Shown piece by piece: positions 57,841 through 64,000 of a DNA stretch of 64,000 bases. The position numbers were made by a program, and so were the translations under genes. Under the pieces are notes generated by a model. It searched no databases and was not told the origin of the DNA. It saw only the letters and a list, made by a program, of their open reading frames with translations. The number at the start of each line of letters is the position of its first letter. Positions within the stretch are counted from its first letter, which is position 1. This stretch comes from a virus, in the IMG/VR virus record IMGVR_UViG_3300025280_000026, positions 1 to 64,000 of that record; one strand, given 5' to 3'.

Positions 57841-59697
57841 ATGGAAGTAGCATCAAAGATTTTATCAGATATAGCAGTATACATGAAATATGCAAGGTAT
57901 TTACCCAAAAAGAAGAGAAGAGAAACTTGGCAGGAACTTGTTACGAGAAACAAGAATATGCATTTAAAAAAGTATCCTGACTTAAAAGATGAAATCGAAG
58001 AGAGCTATAAATTTGTTTATGCTAAAAAAGTTTTACCATCAATGCGCTCTATGCAATTCGCTGGCAAACCGATAGAGGTTGCACCTAACAGAATATACAA
58101 TTGTGCCTACCTGCCAATTGATGATTGGCGTTCTTTTAGTGAAACAATGTTTTTGTTGCTTGGTGGAACGGGCGTTGGATATTCAGTGCAAAAACACCAT
58201 GTTGAGAAACTTCCAGAAATACGAAAGCCGAACAAGAAGAGAACCCGCCGGTATCTTATTGGAGATTCAATTGAAGGGTGGTCAGACTCTATTAAAGTTT
58301 TGCTGAGAAGCTATTTCGAGGGCATGTCTGATATCAGATTTGATTTTTCTGATATTAGGCCGAAAGGAAGTCTTTTAATTACATCTGGTGGTAAAGCTCC
58401 CGGCCCCCAACCTCTGAGAGAATGCTTGGTGAAAGTCAAAGGAATACTAGATGAAAAAGAAAATGGCGACAAACTTACGACCATCGAGGTTCATGATATT
58501 GTATGCCACATCGCAGACGCCGTTCTCGCCGGAGGAATCCGTCGCGCAGCTCTCATTTCTCTTTTTAGCGCAGATGATGATGAAATGCTAGCGTCAAAGG
58601 CTGGGAACTGGTGGGAAACAAACCCACAAAGAGGAAGAGCGAATAACTCAGTTGTTTTGATGAGACATAGAGTAACGAAAGAATTCTTCATGAATATTTG
58701 GGAAAGAGTAAAAGAATCTGGCTCCGGCGAACCTGGTTTTTATTTTACCAATGATAAAGATTGGGGGACAAACCCTTGCTGTGAAATAGCTTTGAGACCA
58801 TATCAGTTTTGTAATCTTACTGAAGTCAACGCTAGCGATCTGGAAAGCCAAGAGGAACTAGAAAGAAGAGTACAAGCTGCAGCTTTTATTGGCACCTTAC
58901 AGGCCGGATACACTGATTTTCATTATCTTCGTGATATTTGGCAGAGGACTACGGAAAAAGATGCTCTCGTCGGTGTCTCGATGACCGGAATCGCTTCAGG
59001 CAATGTTCTTGGTTTAGATATGTCTCAGGCTGCAAAAGTTGTTAAACAAGAGAATTTAAGAGTTGCCGGCTTGACAGGGATAAACAAAGCAGCTAGAACA
59101 ACAACCGTGAAACCTGCAGGCACAACCTCTCTTACGCTTGGAACCTCAAGCGGTATTCATGCATGGCATAATGATTATTATGTCCGACGGATCCGCGTCA
59201 ACAAAGCGGAAGCGATATACACTTATCTTTCTATACGCCACCCAGAGTTATTAGAAGATGAATTTTTTAGGCCGCACGATACTGCTGTGATATCTGTTCC
59301 GCAAAAAGCACCACCCAGTGGAATTACAAGACAGGAAACAGCACAAAATCTTTTGGAGAGAATCAAAAAGGTTAGCCAGGAGTGGGTCAAAACCGGCCAC
59401 AGGCGAGGACAAAATACACATAATGTTTCTGCTACCGTTACGGTTAAAGAAGAAGAATGGAACCACGTTGGCCAATGGATGTGGGAAAATAGGAGATGCT
59501 ACAACGGATTGTCTGTTTTACCACATTCAGAACACACATATAAACAAGCGCCCTTCGAAGATTGTTCTCGCGAGAAATATGATGAGATGATCAAAACTTT
59601 ACAAAAACTTGACTTAACAAAAGTGGTAGAGATAGAGGATAATACAACTTTGGCCGGCGAACTTGCTTGTTCAAGTGGCGCCTGCGAAATAAAATAA
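57841..59697 (+). CDS. nrdJ: Class II (B12-dependent) ribonucleotide reductase
   Basis: RRETW, YNCA, GG.RRAA, TNPCCEI, CNLTEV, VKPAGT, C-terminal ACSSGACE; no NrdB or NrdG adjacent. Confidence 0.9.
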   Translation: MEVASKILSDIAVYMKYARYLPKKKRRETWQELVTRNKNMHLKKYPDLKDEIEESYKFVYAKKVLPSMRSMQFAGKPIEVAPNRIYNCAYLPIDDWRSFSETMFLLLGGTGVGYSVQKHHVEKLPEIRKPNKKRTRRYLIGDSIEGWSDSIKVLLRSYFEGMSDIRFDFSDIRPKGSLLITSGGKAPGPQPLRECLVKVKGILDEKENGDKLTTIEVHDIVCHIADAVLAGGIRRAALISLFSADDDEMLASKAGNWWETNPQRGRANNSVVLMRHRVTKEFFMNIWERVKESGSGEPGFYFTNDKDWGTNPCCEIALRPYQFCNLTEVNASDLESQEELERRVQAAAFIGTLQAGYTDFHYLRDIWQRTTEKDALVGVSMTGIASGNVLGLDMSQAAKVVKQENLRVAGLTGINKAARTTTVKPAGTTSLTLGTSSGIHAWHNDYYVRRIRVNKAEAIYTYLSIRHPELLEDEFFRPHDTAVISVPQKAPPSGITRQETAQNLLERIKKVSQEWVKTGHRRGQNTHNVSATVTVKEEEWNHVGQWMWENRRCYNGLSVLPHSEHTYKQAPFEDCSREKYDEMIKTLQKLDLTKVVEIEDNTTLAGELACSSGACEIK

Positions 59698-59719
59698 CAG
59701 CTTATTAATCGGAGATCAT

Positions 59720-59980
59720 ATGAGACCTTGTAACCGACACATTTTAATTAAACCCATGGAAGAAGAAGAAAAAGAAATTGCGGTATTGGTGCCTGATAAT
59801 TTTAGGGCTAAAACTACTTCTTTTATTAAAGCAAGAGTAGTAGACTGGGCAGATGATATAAATATACAAATGCATGAAAATGCTATAGTCGTCGTTAACT
59901 CTAGTATGATAGAAGAGATTGTGTTGGGTGACGAAAAATATCATTTAATACTAGAAAATTATGTTTTAGGCTATTTTTAG
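59720..59980 (+). CDS. groES: GroES-like co-chaperonin (gp31-like role)
   Basis: MRPCNRHILIKP...VLVPD...YHLILENYVLG. Confidence 0.7.
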   Translation: MRPCNRHILIKPMEEEEKEIAVLVPDNFRAKTTSFIKARVVDWADDINIQMHENAIVVVNSSMIEEIVLGDEKYHLILENYVLGYF

Positions 59981-60058
59981 AAAAAACTGTTTTTTCTAAA
60001 AATATTAACTACTTATCCGTATGAATAATTTAAACAGCCACTATCTAGGAGTTAAAAT

Positions 60059-60649
60059 ATGAATTCGTTAATTGTCGCCTTGTTGGCAACTCAAATCACA
60101 GCCGCAGGTGTAAACATTAATAAAGAAGACGTGACGTACTTCGAGATTGCTGAACAAGCAATCTTTAATTGTCCGACGTATAAGAAGGGCCCAGCCAATA
60201 TACGGCCGACGGTCGTTTTTGATCTTATCGGAATCGAGAGAAAGTTTAACGTGCCCACACATATGAAGGGAATGTTATTAGCACATGCATGCACGCATGG
60301 AAGCCTTGCCGGCGACGTCAAAACCTTGCGCTATTGGAAAACAAAAAATATACTTGAAAAAAAGAAAGATATTTTAAGTATTTCCCCTCCCCAAAAATTA
60401 ATTAGATTTAATCGTTTTCATTACCAAAGAGCAGCTGATATTTGGATGCGCCGCGTAATCAAAGAATTACCAAAAACAAAAAAAAAGTGCGCAAAATTTG
60501 ATGAATCTTGTAGCTGGCTGAACGCGTGGCTTGGCAGTGTTAAAAACTTTAAAAAAGTACCAAAAAAAGAAGTAAAATTGTTAAGAAAGTGGCATAAAAG
60601 AATCGAAAAGAATCGCCAAACAAAAAATCATGTAGCATGCGGTTGCTGA
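60059..60649 (+). CDS. Exported basic protein, possibly a degenerate transglycosylase-like fold
   Basis: Signal-like N-terminus; FNVP...GMLLAHACTHG where ES would be expected; ACTACTTA 60008. Confidence 0.4.
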   Translation: MNSLIVALLATQITAAGVNINKEDVTYFEIAEQAIFNCPTYKKGPANIRPTVVFDLIGIERKFNVPTHMKGMLLAHACTHGSLAGDVKTLRYWKTKNILEKKKDILSISPPQKLIRFNRFHYQRAADIWMRRVIKELPKTKKKCAKFDESCSWLNAWLGSVKNFKKVPKKEVKLLRKWHKRIEKNRQTKNHVACGC

Positions 60650-61473
60650 AAACCCCTTTATTTAGATGGAATGAAATTGTAATCGGAGGCAATACAAATG
60701 CTTTTTTCTACGCCAGTAAAAAGGGTTGTCACATCATCCCTAATATTATGGATATCCCTCTTGCTCACAACGGGCCGAGTTTTGCGAATGATTTGGGGGT
60801 GAACCTAAACTCTAGTGAAGACGAATGGCGGTTCATGGCTTACAAACTTAATCGAAGAGGTCTGAACCCTTTTACCAATAAAATAAAACATATACGTATT
60901 GACGAACCAAACAAGCAATTAGTCGTTAACATTGGCACTCCAAATATATTTTATATATCATATGATGAACTTCGTGTGTTCGATACTGAAAACGTTTCCG
61001 GCCTCTCTTTTGAATCTCAAGAAAGAGTTTTAGGATATCAAGTATATGATTGGTTTGATGTTCGTTCTGGAATGAAACACGGGCTGGATTTTATAGAAGA
61101 TCCAAACTCAAATTTTGTTAAGAAAATACACTTTTTCTTGTCAGAAAGAATTGATGGAAATTATGATAAAAAAGATTTGGTAGCTGAATCGTTTTTGTCG
61201 GAAGAACAAATACATGACATAGATTACTCAGATTCAATATCTAGGTTGAAAACAATTAATATGATGAAAGGCGCCGGGATTAAAGGGAAGAAAAACGGCC
61301 TTGGAAGCCATGCATCGATCAAACTTGAGTTGTGGAAACGTGAGATTAAGAAGCTTAAAAGTATAAAAAGTTTTCAAAAAGGTGATATAATAATTGACGG
61401 ACGTCCACTTGAGGAAATAAAAAATGAGTTTTCATCTAGCAGGGATTGTGCCTCTCGCCGGCCACCCTCTTGA
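60637..61473 (+). CDS. Hypothetical protein with degenerate Rossmann-like start
   Basis: EIVIGG..NAF.YA; VYDWFDVRSG. Confidence 0.5.
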   Translation: MRLLKTPLFRWNEIVIGGNTNAFFYASKKGCHIIPNIMDIPLAHNGPSFANDLGVNLNSSEDEWRFMAYKLNRRGLNPFTNKIKHIRIDEPNKQLVVNIGTPNIFYISYDELRVFDTENVSGLSFESQERVLGYQVYDWFDVRSGMKHGLDFIEDPNSNFVKKIHFFLSERIDGNYDKKDLVAESFLSEEQIHDIDYSDSISRLKTINMMKGAGIKGKKNGLGSHASIKLELWKREIKKLKSIKSFQKGDIIIDGRPLEEIKNEFSSSRDCASRRPPS

Positions 61474-62248
61474 TTATAAAATGCCCTGGCATGATGCTAT
61501 GATGCCTGTTGGTCCTGATTATTTAGCTGTCGAGCGAAGTGTTGTGGAATGCGCCAACGCTGGCTGTGAGACTATTTGGATTATATGTGATAATGATATT
61601 CAGCCTCTGATTCGTCATCGGTTGGGCGAATACGTGCAAGATCCTGTTTGGGTGACGAGACACTATTCGCCTAAAAAAGGGGATCATAAAAAACCAATTC
61701 CGCTATACTACGTTCCAATAAATATAAGAGACAGGGGTAAAAAGGATAGTTTGTCGTGGAGTATACTACATGGTGCTTACATCGCAAATAATATTTCTTC
61801 AAAGATGAGTAATTGGCTCCGGCCAAATAAGTTTTATGTTTCTTTTCCTTATGGTTATTATGGCCCAACACTTGTCAGGCAACATAGAGATTTAATATCT
61901 ACAAATAAAAACTTTTTTATTTCACATAACGATAAAACTGCTATTGACGGAGAATTTTTGGGGTTTACATTTGGTTACGATGACTATGAAAAATTATTAA
62001 ACAACTTTAGAGGTATCTATTCCAACCATGCACATGAAACAAATTTAAAATTTTCATTGGAGGAAATATTTAATGTGTTAGATATAAAAAACTCAAATGT
62101 TGTTAGTTTTATGAATTACTGGAAGTTGGATGGTTGGGAAAATTATTGTGCATATATATCAGAGCAAGGTCATAGGACGAAAAGACCATCAAAATATATC
62201 TTAAAATACCACGAATGGAACGATATTGGTGTTGACGAAACTAATTAA
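61424..62248 (+). CDS. Divergent sugar-nucleotidyltransferase-like protein
   Basis: LAGIVPLAG...P...MMPVG...AVERSV.ECANAGCETIWII; lacks GxGTR. Confidence 0.6.
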   Translation: MSFHLAGIVPLAGHPLDYKMPWHDAMMPVGPDYLAVERSVVECANAGCETIWIICDNDIQPLIRHRLGEYVQDPVWVTRHYSPKKGDHKKPIPLYYVPINIRDRGKKDSLSWSILHGAYIANNISSKMSNWLRPNKFYVSFPYGYYGPTLVRQHRDLISTNKNFFISHNDKTAIDGEFLGFTFGYDDYEKLLNNFRGIYSNHAHETNLKFSLEEIFNVLDIKNSNVVSFMNYWKLDGWENYCAYISEQGHRTKRPSKYILKYHEWNDIGVDETN

Positions 62249-62254
62249 TAGTGT

Positions 62255-63898
62255 ATGAAGATAGGCGAAATATTAAATAAAAGAGGGGAAAGTTTGCTTT
62301 TGGAAGCAACCGATCCCACTCAACTTGAAATCGAACAACAGGCCCTTTCCATGGCCAAAAAGTACAATGTCCCTTTCGACATTGTTATGCGCCACATGTG
62401 GATTGAGAGTGGATATAAACTCAGAGCGCGCAGCCCAAAGAACGCCTATGGTTTGATGCAGTTGATGCCAGGCACTGCGAAAGACCTCGGTGTCGACCGT
62501 AACAAGTGGGCCCAAAATATAGAAGGTGGTGTTAAATATTTGCGCAGTTTATACAATACACTTGATAATCGCGCTCTTAGTCTGAGCGGGTATTGGAAGA
62601 AAGAGGGCGCGAATTTGGGACGCTTCGGCGCAAAAGGAATTAAGGATAAGTGGGAAGCAGTTGCGGTGGCTTATTTTTCCGGCGGCGGCGGGTTTAACCA
62701 GGTCGCCGCCCGAGCTGCCAAGGCTGGCTATCTAGACGAAAATGGCATGATTGACTGGAAAAGATACAGTAAAGAAACGGGTCGTTACAAAAGAAGAGTT
62801 CGTTATGCAAGAGCCGTTCATGATCCAGACCACTACAGACAAAAACAACGGCGCCGCAGACATTCGTCTTACAAGGTTGCGGTTCCAAAAGAGCTTATAA
62901 GCAATATTGGATTAAAAAAATTTGGGCTAGCACCTGATCCAAAAAACACAAAAACTGTAATCATTTCAGGCAACTCTCATGGTATGTTTATGAGCAAATT
63001 TGTCGAACAGAAGTATGAAGATTTAGGCAGAAGAACCGGCACTCATTATAAGATAATTACCATCCATGCGCCCCAAGGCCATGGCGGGGAGTTACCTGCT
63101 TTGAATTCGAAAATGGAAAATTTGATTCCCGAGTTAAAAGGGAAAAATGTCGCAGCTGTTATACACATCGGTTCCAATCGCGATCCAGTACTAGAAGAGT
63201 TAGTTGATAAGTATCAATCTGTTTCGGACAATGTTGTGTTTATAGGAACGCCAGAAGCTAGGAAAACTAGGTACCTCAAGCCGAATAAGGCATATAAACC
63301 TTATGCGGATAGAATAAAGTGGAATCAGGAGTTAAAAGAAAAATTGGGTGATCGCAAAGGTGTCAAGTTTATCGATACTCATGGTCTAACAACTCAGAAA
63401 GATTTACGCGATAACGTGCACTTACGTAGCAAAGCATACAAAAACCTCTATGGTGCCATAAATTCTCAAATAACATACGACCCAGATATTGATAATAATC
63501 AAAGTGGCTCCCCAGGCGGCGCATCTGTTGTTAAACCGCTCCCCAGAGACAAAATAACACCATCTGTTGGTTCTACACCTTCCCCCGGCCGCTTTGTTCA
63601 TGGATTTACTAAAAAAGAATTCCCCAAATTCGATTTTGGTAAATTTTATAAAGAGCTGGATAATGTTTTTATTGATAAAGGTGGCGCCACAGGGATGTTG
63701 TCAAAACATGGACAAGATTATGCTTTCGGAAGAGAACACAAGGCAGCATGGGACGCTCTGCAAACAGCCAAAGCCAAGACCCCCGTGTCAACACCGGCAC
63801 CACAAATTGTCGACGCAGACGACGAGGCAATAAAAAAAGATATTGATATTGCTGCCCAAGCAGCCGTTGTCGAAGTATTCAAGAAATTCAAAATATAG
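62255..63898 (+). CDS. Lytic transglycosylase (SLT) fused to SGNH hydrolase
   Basis: IES catalytic Glu, AYGLMQLMP, NIEGG.KYL, AYFSG; then GNSH, IGSN.D, DNVH. Confidence 0.8.
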   Translation: MKIGEILNKRGESLLLEATDPTQLEIEQQALSMAKKYNVPFDIVMRHMWIESGYKLRARSPKNAYGLMQLMPGTAKDLGVDRNKWAQNIEGGVKYLRSLYNTLDNRALSLSGYWKKEGANLGRFGAKGIKDKWEAVAVAYFSGGGGFNQVAARAAKAGYLDENGMIDWKRYSKETGRYKRRVRYARAVHDPDHYRQKQRRRRHSSYKVAVPKELISNIGLKKFGLAPDPKNTKTVIISGNSHGMFMSKFVEQKYEDLGRRTGTHYKIITIHAPQGHGGELPALNSKMENLIPELKGKNVAAVIHIGSNRDPVLEELVDKYQSVSDNVVFIGTPEARKTRYLKPNKAYKPYADRIKWNQELKEKLGDRKGVKFIDTHGLTTQKDLRDNVHLRSKAYKNLYGAINSQITYDPDIDNNQSGSPGGASVVKPLPRDKITPSVGSTPSPGRFVHGFTKKEFPKFDFGKFYKELDNVFIDKGGATGMLSKHGQDYAFGREHKAAWDALQTAKAKTPVSTPAPQIVDADDEAIKKDIDIAAQAAVVEVFKKFKI

Positions 63899-63906
63899 AA
63901 GGTAAA

Positions 63907-64000
63907 ATGAATATCAATATCAAGACTTTAATAGGCAACACGCCTTTGGTAAAGATCGCAGAAAAGATTTATGCAAAGCTAGAAACGTATAGCCCATCCG
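63907..64000 (+). CDS. cysK: Cysteine synthase (PLP-dependent), 5' partial
   Basis: MNINIKTLIGNTPLVKIAEKIYAKLETYSPS matches the CysK/CysM N-terminus; truncated by the window edge. Confidence 0.8.
   Translation, partial: MNINIKTLIGNTPLVKIAEKIYAKLETYSPS

Noticed and set aside
1-64000. Stop-codon reassignment, tRNAs, introns and inteins
   Set aside because: Core genes are full length in code 11 and use all three stops; no cloverleaf seen in the short gaps; TerL, DnaB, RecA and NrdJ show no insertions

Overview
This window is a gene-dense, AT-rich, entirely plus-strand segment of a large T4-like myovirus (Caudoviricetes), probably a jumbo phage. In order it carries: baseplate/virion proteins; a RuvC-like resolvase and primase; a fused SbcD-SbcC (gp47-gp46) nuclease; a holin/spanin-like cluster; two S74-chaperone tail fibres; the head module (TerL, portal, protease, a bS21 ribosomal protein, scaffold, MCP); the neck/tail module (sheath, tube, chaperone pair, tape measure, baseplate); and a replication/metabolism block (minimal PolA, degenerate tubulin, gp32-like SSB, AIPR-like gene, RecA, 5'-3' exonuclease, DnaB, class II RNR, GroES, SLT-SGNH fusion, start of CysK). 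Most notable: (1) a recurring ACTA[T/A/C]TTA late-promoter motif, which also precedes scattered proteins sharing an 'LKQIIKEE'-like N-terminal leader (candidate capsid-targeting cargo system); (2) a lytic transglycosylase fused to an intact SGNH esterase; (3) a coupled mini-PolA / pseudo-tubulin / SSB module; (4) a duplicated structured ~34-nt element flanking an AIPR-like gene; (5) a T7 slippery site (+1/-2) joining the tail chaperone ORFs; (6) [ST]-[GAS]-[ST] triplet enrichment in virion proteins. All calls come from reading motifs by eye; no searches were run.
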